Assembly (NCBI GenBank): GCA_016932035.1
Contig: JAFGDR010000031.1
Location: 71,399 to 135,398 of the forward strand
Reading direction: 5' to 3'
Length of the DNA stretch: 64,000 bases
From: Candidatus Cloacimonadota bacterium
GTDB taxonomy: Bacteria > Cloacimonadota > Cloacimonadia > JGIOTU-2
The first letter of the stretch is position 1. Each line of letters begins with the position of its first letter. Shown piece by piece: positions 31,845 to 41,734 of the stretch. Both the position numbers and the translations under genes were made by a program. The notes beneath the pieces are model-generated. The model did no database searches. It was given only the letters and a program-made list of their open reading frames with translations, and had not been told where the DNA came from.

Positions 31845-33329
31845 ATGGAAGAGCAGTCTCATGAAACTCAGCTGGCAACATTAACCCTCATTGCAGACAA
31901 AAAATATCTCCCCCTTGCTATGAACTTTATCGAAGACATTACCGTTGTGGTTGGTTTGGAGAAGTCCGAAGCGCACAAACTGCAGCTTATTGTGGAAGAA
32001 GCAAGCATGAATGTTATCGAACATGCATTTGATGAAGATGAGGTCGGATCATTCGATATTGTTATCATGCGACAGCCCGGGCAGCTCAAAATAACGATCA
32101 GAGACAGGGGGCTTCCCTTCGACTTTAGCAAGGTACATCCAGGTGAAAGCTCTGGACTCGGCATGGTTCTTATGAAGGCATTAGCTGACGAAGTACATTT
32201 CGTGAACCTCGGCAGAGATGGAAAAGAAGTAGTATTTATAAAGAACTTACCGTATAAAAGTATCGCTGAGATCGATCAGGAAAAAGAACCGGTAGTTGAA
32301 GAGCCGGCAGAAATGCAGGATGTTGAACTTACCTATCGCCTGATGACTGAGAAAGACGCTGTGCAGATGGCACGATGCATGTATCGGTCATATGGTTATT
32401 CATATGGAAATGACTTTGTCTATTATCCTGAGAAAGTTCAGGAGCTCATAAAAGGGAAGCTCCTTCATTCATGCGTGGTGATAAGTCCTGAAGGAGAACT
32501 TGTCGGGCATCTTGCCATGATGCTGGATATCCCCGATGCAAAGGTTGGAGAAACCGGCATGGCTGTTGTGGATCCCCGGTATCGTGGACATGGTATCTTC
32601 AAAAAAACCAAACTATTCTTGATAGATTATGCCAAGCAGAAAGGCATGTCCGGAATTTACAGCGAAGCAGTTGCAGTACATCCATACACGCAAAAAGGGA
32701 ATATCTCTCTAGGAGCACACGAAACTGGATTTCTTATCGGTTTTACGCCCTCCACAATGTTCTTTAAGAAAATTGAAAAACAGCAACGGACGAAACGTCA
32801 AACAACCGTGCTTTTCTACCTTCCGTTGAAAGATGAAGAAAAGTCCATTTATCCGCCCTTTCACCATAAAGCAATGATTCAAAGAATTTATGAAGTCGGG
32901 GGATTGAAAAGAAGATCCGAACGTGCTACAGCAAAAGATATAAAAGGTACAATTGTGGAAAAATCCCAGGTTGATCTGAAGGTATTCCCGGAACCCGGGC
33001 GAGCATTTATGCGAGTGTCTCAATATGGTGAGGATATTGTTGAGCTTATCCTATTCAGATTACGCGAGATCTGCCTTCAGAAGATTGACTGTATTTATAT
33101 CGATCTGTCGCTGAGCCATCCCATGACCCAGAAGATATGTGCTCCCCTTGAGATGAAGGGATTCTTCTTCGCAGGAATTATTCCCGAAATGTTTGACGGC
33201 GATGTCCTCAGATTGCAATATCTCAACAATGTGGATATCGACTTCGAAAAAGTAACGGTTGTCTCTGATTTTGGGAAAGAGCTGTTCGACTATGTGGTCA
33301 GAGCCCACGAGCGGGAATTGTCAGTATAA
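31845..33329 (+). CDS. RsbW-like ATP-binding (HATPase_c_2) domain fused to a GNAT-fold domain
   Basis: EEASMNVIEHA, IRDRGLPFD, SGLGMVLMK in the N-terminal 135 aa. The acetyl-CoA motif VVDPRYRGHG follows. Confidence 0.8.
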   Translation: MEEQSHETQLATLTLIADKKYLPLAMNFIEDITVVVGLEKSEAHKLQLIVEEASMNVIEHAFDEDEVGSFDIVIMRQPGQLKITIRDRGLPFDFSKVHPGESSGLGMVLMKALADEVHFVNLGRDGKEVVFIKNLPYKSIAEIDQEKEPVVEEPAEMQDVELTYRLMTEKDAVQMARCMYRSYGYSYGNDFVYYPEKVQELIKGKLLHSCVVISPEGELVGHLAMMLDIPDAKVGETGMAVVDPRYRGHGIFKKTKLFLIDYAKQKGMSGIYSEAVAVHPYTQKGNISLGAHETGFLIGFTPSTMFFKKIEKQQRTKRQTTVLFYLPLKDEEKSIYPPFHHKAMIQRIYEVGGLKRRSERATAKDIKGTIVEKSQVDLKVFPEPGRAFMRVSQYGEDIVELILFRLREICLQKIDCIYIDLSLSHPMTQKICAPLEMKGFFFAGIIPEMFDGDVLRLQYLNNVDIDFEKVTVVSDFGKELFDYVVRAHERELSV

Positions 33330-33360
33330 TTTTTTCGTTAAAACGTAAGAAGGAGTTACT

Positions 33361-35016
33361 ATGCTAAAAGAGAACCTTATCGATTATATTGAGAAAGGAA
33401 TAAAAGAGAACTGGAATCTGCAGGCGTTCACAAATTATGGTGGAGACACGCTGAACTTTGGTCAGGTAGCGAAGGAGATACTGAAACTTCATCATATTTT
33501 TAAAGCACTGGAAGTAAAATCAGGTGCAAAGATCGCTGTGCTAGGAAAGAACTCAACGAACTGGGCGATCACCTACCTTGCTGCGGTTTCATACGGCGCA
33601 GTTATTGTGCCCATTCTTCCTGATTTTAAGGCTGATGATATTCATCACATCCTCAATCACTCTGATTCTGAGTTACTTTTTATTGGAGATGGTCTTTTTG
33701 AAAACATCGATGAAAACAACATCCCCAAGATCAATGCAATATTCGATCTAAAGGATTTCTCCCTACTCTACAAAAAGAGTAAATCAATCAAAGAAGCAAT
33801 AAAAAAAGCATCATCAGAATGGGACAAGGATTTATCCCTCGATCTAACCACGAGCTCATTCACCTTTAAAAAAATAAAGAATGACAAACTCGCAGCAATC
33901 GTCTATACATCCGGCACCACAGGTTTTTCAAAAGGTGTGATGCTTTCACATAACAGCTTGATCGGAAATATTGTCTATGCACACGAGCATATGCCGCTAA
34001 AAGCAGGTGAAAGAATATTATCCTTCCTTCCCCTTGCTCATGCCTATGGATGTGCGTTTGAATTTCTCTTTCCCTTTACGCTCGGATGCCACATTACTTT
34101 TCTCACAAAACTTCCGTCACCGAAAATAATATTAAAGGCATTCTCACAGGTCCAACCCCATCTTATTCTTTCAGTTCCGCTTATCATTGAGAAGATTTAC
34201 CGAAAACAGGTCAAGCCCGTTCTGGATAAAGGAAGTATGAAAGTAATTATGGCTTTACCCGGCCTGAAATCGGTTATAAAAAACAAGATCAAGCAAAAAC
34301 TTGTTGCAGCATTCGGCGGAAATTTCTACGAACTTGTAGTTGGCGGCGCTGCTTTGAATGAAGAAGCTGAAGCATTCTTCCAGAGTATCAAATTCCCGAT
34401 TACGATCGGGTATGGCATGACAGAATGCGGACCGCTTATCAGTTACGCGAGTTGGGATAAGCATAAAGCTGCTTCTTGCGGGCAGACTATAAATTTCCTC
34501 GAAGCAAAGATCGATTCCGAAGATCAGCAGAATATCGTTGGTGAGATAATGGTTCGAGGTGAAGTGGTCATGGACGGATATTATAAAAATGAAGAAGCTA
34601 CAAATGCAGCGATAGACAGCGATGGCTGGCTCCATACAGGCGATCTTGGACTCATCGATGAAGATGGTTTTATCTTCATTAAAGGTAGAAGAAAAAGCAT
34701 GATCTTGAGTTCATCCGGGCAGAATATCTATCCCGAAGAGCTGGAAGCTAAGATCAATAATATGCCCTATATTCAGGAATCACTGGTTATCGACAAGAAC
34801 GGAAAACTCGTTGCACTTGTATATGCTGATTTTGAAAAGATCGATGCAGAGAAGATGTCAGAAACTCAAATAGAAGATATCATGGAGCAGAACAGGAAGG
34901 ACATCAATCAAATACTGCCGTCATACAGTTTTATCTCAAAGTTCGAGTTATATCCCGAAGAATTCGAGAAGACACCCACCAAAAAGATCAAGCGTTTCCT
35001 CTATTCGATACAGTAA
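33361..35016 (+). CDS. Long-chain-fatty-acid--CoA ligase
   Basis: YTSGTTGFSKG, GYGMTECGP, WLHTGDLG, GRRKSMILSSSGQNIYPEELE. Confidence 0.93.
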   Translation: MLKENLIDYIEKGIKENWNLQAFTNYGGDTLNFGQVAKEILKLHHIFKALEVKSGAKIAVLGKNSTNWAITYLAAVSYGAVIVPILPDFKADDIHHILNHSDSELLFIGDGLFENIDENNIPKINAIFDLKDFSLLYKKSKSIKEAIKKASSEWDKDLSLDLTTSSFTFKKIKNDKLAAIVYTSGTTGFSKGVMLSHNSLIGNIVYAHEHMPLKAGERILSFLPLAHAYGCAFEFLFPFTLGCHITFLTKLPSPKIILKAFSQVQPHLILSVPLIIEKIYRKQVKPVLDKGSMKVIMALPGLKSVIKNKIKQKLVAAFGGNFYELVVGGAALNEEAEAFFQSIKFPITIGYGMTECGPLISYASWDKHKAASCGQTINFLEAKIDSEDQQNIVGEIMVRGEVVMDGYYKNEEATNAAIDSDGWLHTGDLGLIDEDGFIFIKGRRKSMILSSSGQNIYPEELEAKINNMPYIQESLVIDKNGKLVALVYADFEKIDAEKMSETQIEDIMEQNRKDINQILPSYSFISKFELYPEEFEKTPTKKIKRFLYSIQ

Positions 35017-35041
35017 GAAATAAATCCAATAGTAGTACTAT

Positions 35042-35839
35042 ATGGATCATGCTTTTCTGCTTAAGCTTCTCCTGAGTTTTTTTCTTGGGGGAGTCTGGAT
35101 AACGATCTCAACGATCATTGCAGAAAAACTCGGATCAAAACTAGGGGGTGTCATTGCAGGACTGCCGAGTACGATCATCATTTCTCTTTTCTTTATCGGT
35201 TGGACACAATCTCCAAACGTTGCATATCAAGCGACAACGGTTATTCCCTTAGTGATGGGAGTTAATGCATTTTTCGTAGTCGTGTATGCACTTCTCAGAA
35301 AAAGAGGTTTCTTTATTGCACTTGGCGGTGCACTCCTTTTTTGGGGAGTTACGTCAGCCATTCTTGCGACACTGAAATTCGACAGCTTCTTGATTTCCAT
35401 GATCGGTTTTCTTGTGTTGGTCATTCTCTCTTATCACATTATGGAAAAGTGGAATTCTTTTCCTTCCGAACCAAAAAAATTTACTAAATACTCACTGCAT
35501 TTACTCCTGATACGAGGAATTCTTAGCGGCTCGATCATAGCTTTTGCAGTTCTTATGGCAAAAATTGCAGGACCGCTTATCGGGGGCATGTTCTCTGTTT
35601 TCCCTGCGGTAATGCTCTCAACTTTGATCATTACGTATTTTGCACACGGAGCAAGTTTTTCGATCGCCGTTCTTAAAATACTGACAGTGAGTGGACCAGT
35701 GAATGTCGTGACCTATGCTGTTGCAGTTCGTTATCTTTATGGAAGTCTTGGTTTACTTTGGGGAACGCTGGTCTCATTTATAATATCTATGATAGGTTCT
35801 TTTTTTGTGTATCAATTTGTAAAAAGAAAAATGATCTAA
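35042..35839 (+). CDS. Polytopic membrane protein (DUF3147-like, internally duplicated)
   Basis: Two repeats, EKLGSKLGGVIAGLP and KIAGPLIGGMFSVFP; about 8 TM helices. Confidence 0.65.
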   Translation: MDHAFLLKLLLSFFLGGVWITISTIIAEKLGSKLGGVIAGLPSTIIISLFFIGWTQSPNVAYQATTVIPLVMGVNAFFVVVYALLRKRGFFIALGGALLFWGVTSAILATLKFDSFLISMIGFLVLVILSYHIMEKWNSFPSEPKKFTKYSLHLLLIRGILSGSIIAFAVLMAKIAGPLIGGMFSVFPAVMLSTLIITYFAHGASFSIAVLKILTVSGPVNVVTYAVAVRYLYGSLGLLWGTLVSFIISMIGSFFVYQFVKRKMI

Positions 35840-35854
35840 TGTGTAAGGAGTATC

Positions 35855-37207
35855 ATGGAAAATAAAGCAAAAAACAGTAATGGTTCTTATCTTGGTTTCT
35901 GGGCTATTGTAGCAATCGGTGTGGGAGGTATGGTTGGAGGAGGAATATTTGCAGTACTTGGTCTGGCAGTTCAACTTGCACATGGCGGAACGCCGGTTGC
36001 ATTCGGACTCGCCGGACTCGTTGCACTTGTCACGACCTATTCATATTCAAAACTATCTGTGACCTATCCCAGCGAAGGCGGAACTGTAGAGTTCATCAAC
36101 CAGGCATTCAAGCCGGGATTTTTTACCGGCGGTATGAATGTGCTTTTGTGGATTAGTTATGTGGTTATGCTTTCATTGTATTCCTATGCTTTTGGAAGCT
36201 ATGCCAGCACCTTTTTCCCGGAAGCGATCCAGACACTGATGAAGCATGTGTGTATCTCCGGCGTGATTGTGATTTTCATGTTTCTTAATGTGATCGGATC
36301 AAAAGCAGTAGGACGTGCCGAGACATGGATCGTAGGTATAAAAATAGTCATACTCCTGTTTTTTACGGTCATGGGTTTCTCAACGATCAAAGCGGCAAAT
36401 TTTATGCCTTCACAATGGGTCAGCACTATACCGCTCATTGCTGGCGGCATGATCATCTTTGTGGCGTATGAAGGTTTTGAGCTCATCGCAAACACTGCGA
36501 ACCAGGTCAAGCACAGGGCAAAAACAATTCCGCGTGCCTATTTTACCGCAGTTATTTTTGTTATTATACTCTACATTGTTATTGGAATGATCACAGTGGG
36601 GAATATCACGAACCTTGCTGAAGTTGCAAAATATAGAGATTACATTCTTGCTGAAGTTGCAAAACCATTCCTCGGACAATTTGGTTTTGTTCTCATCACG
36701 ATTGCTGCACTGCTTGCTACTGCCTCTGCCGTGAATGCAACACTCTATGGCTCATCCCGTGTGAGTTATATAATTGCAAAAGATGGAGAGCTTCCCAACG
36801 TACTTGAAAAGAAAGTATGGGGAAAGCAGAACATGGAAGGACTGTTTATTACTGCCGGAGTCACACTGCTGGTTGCAAACTTCTTCGACCTTTCGAGCAT
36901 ATCTACGATGGGAAGTGCAGGATTCCTTTTGATCTTTGCGTTTGTGAATATCTCAAATGTAATGCTGGCAAAAAGTACTAACAGCAAGAAGTTCATCTCG
37001 CTTATTGGAGCAATTGTGTGCTTTATTGCGCTCTTTGCCCTAGTGTGGCAAACAGCAATAACCATGCCGTCCAATATCTGGGTGCTGGTCATCATGCTTG
37101 GCTTGTCATTCCTGATCGAGTTTGTATATAAAAGTATTACAGGTAAGAGTATCAAAACAGTGCTTGACCCTAATCTTAAGGAGAATCAGACGAAGAATCT
37201 GGATTAG
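35855..37207 (+). CDS. APC family amino acid permease
   Basis: GGMVGGGIF, YPSEGG, FVAYEGFE, SAVNATLYGSSR; about 12 TM helices. Confidence 0.92.
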   Translation: MENKAKNSNGSYLGFWAIVAIGVGGMVGGGIFAVLGLAVQLAHGGTPVAFGLAGLVALVTTYSYSKLSVTYPSEGGTVEFINQAFKPGFFTGGMNVLLWISYVVMLSLYSYAFGSYASTFFPEAIQTLMKHVCISGVIVIFMFLNVIGSKAVGRAETWIVGIKIVILLFFTVMGFSTIKAANFMPSQWVSTIPLIAGGMIIFVAYEGFELIANTANQVKHRAKTIPRAYFTAVIFVIILYIVIGMITVGNITNLAEVAKYRDYILAEVAKPFLGQFGFVLITIAALLATASAVNATLYGSSRVSYIIAKDGELPNVLEKKVWGKQNMEGLFITAGVTLLVANFFDLSSISTMGSAGFLLIFAFVNISNVMLAKSTNSKKFISLIGAIVCFIALFALVWQTAITMPSNIWVLVIMLGLSFLIEFVYKSITGKSIKTVLDPNLKENQTKNLD

Positions 37208-37215
37208 GTTCTAAT

Positions 37216-37911
37216 ATGAAATCAAGAAAGGAGAATCTCTTATTGAAATTAATAAATTGTAAGAAGCGTAGAAAGGCTTTATGGGTTATTCTACCCTTTG
37301 CTGTAGTTATTTTTTTACATGCTAATCTCAGTGGACAAGAGATTAAAACAAGTGGTGATTTTGAATACACATTTATAAACAACGATCTAACAATAACAGA
37401 TTACTTAGGTGAAGTAAAGGAACTTATAATTCCGGATTCAATTGACGGCTTTCCTGTGACAGCAATTGGCGATACAGCTTTTACTGATAATAACCTATAT
37501 AGTGTGACCATTCCAAGCTCAGTAAAAACGATTGGTGAGGAAGCCTTTTATAATAACTCTTTATCCAGCGTGTTCATTCCAAACTCAGTAACGGTAATAA
37601 GTGATGGAGCTTTTGATTATAATTGTCTCGACAGCGTTAATATTCCGCAGTCCGTGAAAGTAATAGGAAAAGAAGCTTTTTGTGATAATTTACTTGAAAG
37701 CGTGATTATTCCTGATTCTGTAATAGAAATTGGTGAGAATGCATTTTCGTGGAATGACATAGACTATCTAATTTTACCTTTACCTAAAAAGGATGGATAT
37801 AGGTTTCTATATTGGCAAGATTCTGATGGAGCAGAGTATCCTGCTGATACAGAAATTTACCATCTTGGAATGGGATATAAAGCAATTTTCGAGCCGCTTG
37901 AAAGGGAATAA
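37216..37911 (+). CDS. BspA-type leucine-rich-repeat surface protein
   Basis: Tandem 22-aa repeats V.IP.SV..IG..AF..N.L. Confidence 0.88.
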   Translation: MKSRKENLLLKLINCKKRRKALWVILPFAVVIFLHANLSGQEIKTSGDFEYTFINNDLTITDYLGEVKELIIPDSIDGFPVTAIGDTAFTDNNLYSVTIPSSVKTIGEEAFYNNSLSSVFIPNSVTVISDGAFDYNCLDSVNIPQSVKVIGKEAFCDNLLESVIIPDSVIEIGENAFSWNDIDYLILPLPKKDGYRFLYWQDSDGAEYPADTEIYHLGMGYKAIFEPLERE

Positions 37912-37966
37912 AATTCTTGGCAGATTTTTGCGATGTGCTCAATCGTCTTAAAACTGGAGAAGTAAT

Positions 37967-39031
37967 GTGAATAAGGTTTGTTTAGTCTTTATTATTTTCA
38001 TGATGTCTCTTTCTTTACAGGGTGAAGAAGAAAAGAATTCGGAATTTGCTATATTCCCGCAATTTGCATATTCTCAGGAAACCGGTTTCTGGGGCGGATT
38101 GATAACCTATTATCGTTATGGTCTCAATAAATTTCCTGACCTGAAAAATCATTTGGATTTCATGGCAATGTATACAGAGAAAAATCAGCTCAAACTCAGA
38201 TTTTTCCCAAAATTCAATTTCCCTATTTCAAAGTCAGAGATCAATCTTGATGCAACATTCATGAAATGGCCCAGCGAATTCTATGGAGTAAATAATACAG
38301 ACCCGCAAGCTGAAATGTATGAATTCACACCTGAAATTTTCGAGTTTCAGCTGGACTGGGAATATAATCTCAGGAGCAGGTGGGCTTTGCATTTCTATTC
38401 CGATCAAGTTCATAGTGTCATCACCCAAAGGGAAAATGCTGCAATTATGAAAAATGTTCCGGGAAATGAGAGTTATTTACTTTCCGGGATCGGGGCAGGC
38501 ATAAGCTATGACAGCAGGGACAGCGAAGATTTCACCAGCAAAGGATTATATGCGAATGTTAAGATCGAATCCTACTGCTCGTGGCTGGGAAGTTATTACG
38601 ATTATGAAAAAGTAACACTCGATCTGCGTGAATTTATCAGCATCAACCAAAACCATGTATTCGCTTTTCAGCAGTATGTCTCGTTCCGGTCTGGGCAATC
38701 ACCGTTTTATCGTCTTTTCAAACTGGGAGAATATGTGCGCGCATATAAAGATGAGCTTTTCTTAAATAAAAACGGCATAGCTTTTCGCGCAGAATACCGC
38801 TTTTTCCCGTTTAAAGGAAAGATAGGTAAACGAATCGGGTTTGCTCTGTTCTTCGACACAGGGCAGGGAATGCAAAGTGTAAAGGATGTGAATATAGCTG
38901 ATTTTCGATGCAGTGTGGGAGCTGGGATCAGGATCAGCATTTTTACTGATGATCGTTTTAACCTGCGGTTTGATTATGGAAGGTGCAACGCAAATAGTGC
39001 TGTAGATATCAGTGGCGGGGAGACTTTTTAA
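37967..39031 (+). CDS. Omp85 (BamA/TamA-like) beta-barrel outer-membrane protein without POTRA domains
   Basis: Signal peptide, YDSRD, LGEYVRAY (variant of the lid-lock loop), AEYRF, FFDTG, GAGIR, RFDYG, terminal F. Confidence 0.8.
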   Translation: MNKVCLVFIIFMMSLSLQGEEEKNSEFAIFPQFAYSQETGFWGGLITYYRYGLNKFPDLKNHLDFMAMYTEKNQLKLRFFPKFNFPISKSEINLDATFMKWPSEFYGVNNTDPQAEMYEFTPEIFEFQLDWEYNLRSRWALHFYSDQVHSVITQRENAAIMKNVPGNESYLLSGIGAGISYDSRDSEDFTSKGLYANVKIESYCSWLGSYYDYEKVTLDLREFISINQNHVFAFQQYVSFRSGQSPFYRLFKLGEYVRAYKDELFLNKNGIAFRAEYRFFPFKGKIGKRIGFALFFDTGQGMQSVKDVNIADFRCSVGAGIRISIFTDDRFNLRFDYGRCNANSAVDISGGETF

Positions 39032-39042
39032 GAAAAATATTT

Positions 39043-39144
39043 TCATTTCTAATTGAGTTCGTATATAAAAGCATTACAGGCAAGGATTTCAAGAGAATAC
39101 TCGATCCCAACTTAAAGGAGAACCAGGCAAAGGATCTGGATTAA
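39043..39144 (+). pseudogene. Remnant 3' end of a second, diverged APC permease allele
   Basis: Translates SFLIEFVYKSITGKDFKRILDPNLKENQAKDLD*, 27/33 aa identical to the C-terminus encoded at 37106-37207, with many synonymous differences. Confidence 0.85.
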
Positions 39145-39203
39145 AATAGCACTATATATTGAACCGAATTCAGATAGTAATGTTCTGAACTCGGCTTAAT
39201 TTT

Positions 39204-40244
39204 TTAATTCATTTTTCTTAATATCAAAAATAGTAGTTTACTATCATTCTGATAAAATACTGGTGGTTGATAAATTGTTGTCATGTATCCGTCTTTCAAT
39301 ACTCTGTGATCACTTCCGCCCGTATCCATAATTTCAAGTAATCCGTAATAGTAAGCAATATGAGTTTTATTGCCCGACAATCTCGGTTTCTCTCCGGGAG
39401 CAAGTTCCATCAGATCTCCATTTTCATAATTCAATTTGTATAGGTTATAGCTATCAGTGAATATTATACTATTTTCTTCTTCTATCGCTATAAACTTCTG
39501 AAGTATTGTTATTATGTCATTATATAAATTTGTATTATTTAATCCATCAAGATTTATTGAATATATACCTCTAATTGAATCCGAGCCCGATACATAGTAT
39601 AATATTTTATTATTTGATAATATTGGAATTGCATAGTACATATCATTAGCCTGTTCTTCAATTATACACGTTTTAACTGAATAATCATAAGACATCATAT
39701 TTATAGATGAATCAATCCATGGATTAACGTGCACAGTATCTGGACGAATCCATGAGCAATAGGTTATATGAATTCCATCATTTGAAAAGCAACAATATCT
39801 TTCCTCAATATCAGGTGTATCAGTAACTTGCGTGAACTCATCATTATTATAATCATACGCAAATATATCATCAGCATAACACCAAATTATCCTAAACCCT
39901 TCTGGAGTTTCAGCCCATGAAAGGTTAATGCCAAATTTGATGGAATCCGGGCATTGTGAATACAGATGATAGTTTGAGCCATCGAGATCAGCAGAGTAAA
40001 GGGCATCTGATTTGAAAATAAGAATTTTACTATTATCTGGTGGAACCACATATAGACTGAAATCCTCAGCTTTCATAAGATATTGGAAGTTTTGCCCGGT
40101 TGTATCAATTGTACAGAGGTATGCATACTCGATTACCCAGTCCTCGTGAAATATGTCACAACTCATTATCATAAGAATTGTTAAAATAGCAATCAAAATA
40201 TTACCCCATACATTCATACAACCTTTGTCTTCTTTTCGTTTCAT
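39204..40244 (-). CDS. TolB-like / WD40-like beta-propeller lipoprotein
   Basis: Lipobox-like IMSC, repeated blades (LYSADLDGSN, IYSINLDGLN, QVTDTP). Start set at ATG 40244 with a GAGGT SD. Confidence 0.7.
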   Translation of the reverse strand: MKRKEDKGCMNVWGNILIAILTILMIMSCDIFHEDWVIEYAYLCTIDTTGQNFQYLMKAEDFSLYVVPPDNSKILIFKSDALYSADLDGSNYHLYSQCPDSIKFGINLSWAETPEGFRIIWCYADDIFAYDYNNDEFTQVTDTPDIEERYCCFSNDGIHITYCSWIRPDTVHVNPWIDSSINMMSYDYSVKTCIIEEQANDMYYAIPILSNNKILYYVSGSDSIRGIYSINLDGLNNTNLYNDIITILQKFIAIEEENSIIFTDSYNLYKLNYENGDLMELAPGEKPRLSGNKTHIAYYYGLLEIMDTGGSDHRVLKDGYMTTIYQPPVFYQNDSKLLFLILRKMN

Positions 40245-40298
40245 GGTTACCTCGGGTTGAAAAGAAAACATGATGAAATATTTGTAAAGAAAATTATT

Positions 40299-40347
40299 CC
40301 CCTCTATCAAGAGGGGTGGTCCCGATGCAATCGGTATCGGGGTGTGT
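40299..40347. repeat. REP-like double-hairpin intergenic element
   Basis: CCCCTCT-atca-AGAGGGG followed by CCCGAT-N9-ATCGGG and GGGGTGTGT. Only one copy noticed in this window. Confidence 0.5.
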
Positions 40348-40446
40348 TATTCGTTGTCTATTTATGGAGTAAATCGACTATGCCGATTTAACATTGACGA
40401 AGTCAATTTAGTCCAAATGAACTCAATGTCATCAGTCAGTATTTTC

Positions 40447-41733
40447 CTATTTATTGTTTTCACAATACCCCAGCACTTCACCAATTGTATATAACGAGCC
40501 GCACACGCAGATGAGATCATTTTTATGTGCGATTGCTTTTGCGTGTTCAAACGCGGAAATGCTATCCGGCCTGGCATGATAGTCTTTTCCAGTTCGTTTT
40601 ACTTCTTTTTCCAGTATTTCGACAGGAGCTGCACGGTGAGATTGTGATTTGCTTATCACAAAGACATCGGCTACTTCGGCAAGTGTTTGGATCATCTTAT
40701 GAATATTCTTATCATAGAGAATTCCGATCACCGCAATAAGCCGATCATAGGAATAGATTGTTTTGAGATTATGCACAAGCTGCTTCATGCCTGCAGGATT
40801 GTGTGCACCATCAAGAATTATTGTTGGATTATTCCCTACTTTTTGCAGGCGTCCGTTCCACACAACAGAAGCAAGCGCATGTTTGGTTTTTTCTTCATCA
40901 AGTACAAATCCATAATATTTCGCTAGCACCGCACACACAAGAACTCCAAGCGCAGTATTCCCAACCTGGTGTTTCCCGGCAAGGTTGCAGTGAATTCCTT
41001 TGAAGTTAACATCATAAGCCGTAATTGAGATTTCATAATAAACTCCGTCTTCATCGTATCGCTCGTTGGAAAGGGTAACGACCTTATCGTATTCGACGAC
41101 CGGGCAGGAGAGTTCATTTGCTTTTCTGAGTATTACTTTTCTTGCTGAAGGACGTGTTGTGCCAAGAACAAGTGGAATGCCCTTTTTAAGAATGCCTGCT
41201 TTCTCACCAGCTATTTTTGGCAGGGTCTTACCCAAGGATTTAGTATGATCATATTCGATATTCGTAATGACCGTGATAACAGCATTCAGCAGTACGCTGG
41301 CATCGAGTCGACCGCCGAGACCAACTTCCATGATGGAGAAATCAACTCCTTTATTAAAAAAAAGTTCAAACGCAATCGCAGTTGAAATCTCAAAATAGGT
41401 CGTATCGAATGTATCATGTGCTGCTTTTCTTGTAAAGTAGAGATTGAGAAGTTCTTCGGGTTCGACTTCCTGTTTGTTGATTCTGAACCGTTCTTTGTAA
41501 TCAACAAGATGGGGAGAGGTGTTCAGCCCGACCGAGAAATCGTGGGCGTGCAGGATCGACTCGATTGCAGCGCACGTAGAACCTTTGCCGTTCGTTCCGG
41601 CAACATGAATACACTGTAATTTTTTTTCAGGATTATCGATGGCATCAAGAAATTTCCTGATCCTCGTAAGCTCTATCTTACGATCGGTAGCAGTCTTTGC
41701 GAATATCTCTTCTAAAAATTCTGTATAGTTCAT
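40447..41733 (-). CDS. folC: Folylpolyglutamate synthase / dihydrofolate synthase
   Basis: IHVAGTNGKGST, TSPHL, EVGLGGRLDAS, GRLQ, LDGAHNPAG, CGSLYTIG. Confidence 0.96.
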   Translation of the reverse strand: MNYTEFLEEIFAKTATDRKIELTRIRKFLDAIDNPEKKLQCIHVAGTNGKGSTCAAIESILHAHDFSVGLNTSPHLVDYKERFRINKQEVEPEELLNLYFTRKAAHDTFDTTYFEISTAIAFELFFNKGVDFSIMEVGLGGRLDASVLLNAVITVITNIEYDHTKSLGKTLPKIAGEKAGILKKGIPLVLGTTRPSARKVILRKANELSCPVVEYDKVVTLSNERYDEDGVYYEISITAYDVNFKGIHCNLAGKHQVGNTALGVLVCAVLAKYYGFVLDEEKTKHALASVVWNGRLQKVGNNPTIILDGAHNPAGMKQLVHNLKTIYSYDRLIAVIGILYDKNIHKMIQTLAEVADVFVISKSQSHRAAPVEILEKEVKRTGKDYHARPDSISAFEHAKAIAHKNDLICVCGSLYTIGEVLGYCENNK

Positions 41734-41734
41734 C

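Noticed and set aside
37480-37770. 66-bp periodicity that could be mistaken for a CRISPR or tandem repeat
   Set aside because: Degenerate in-frame 22-aa LRR units; no identical repeats and no cas genes.
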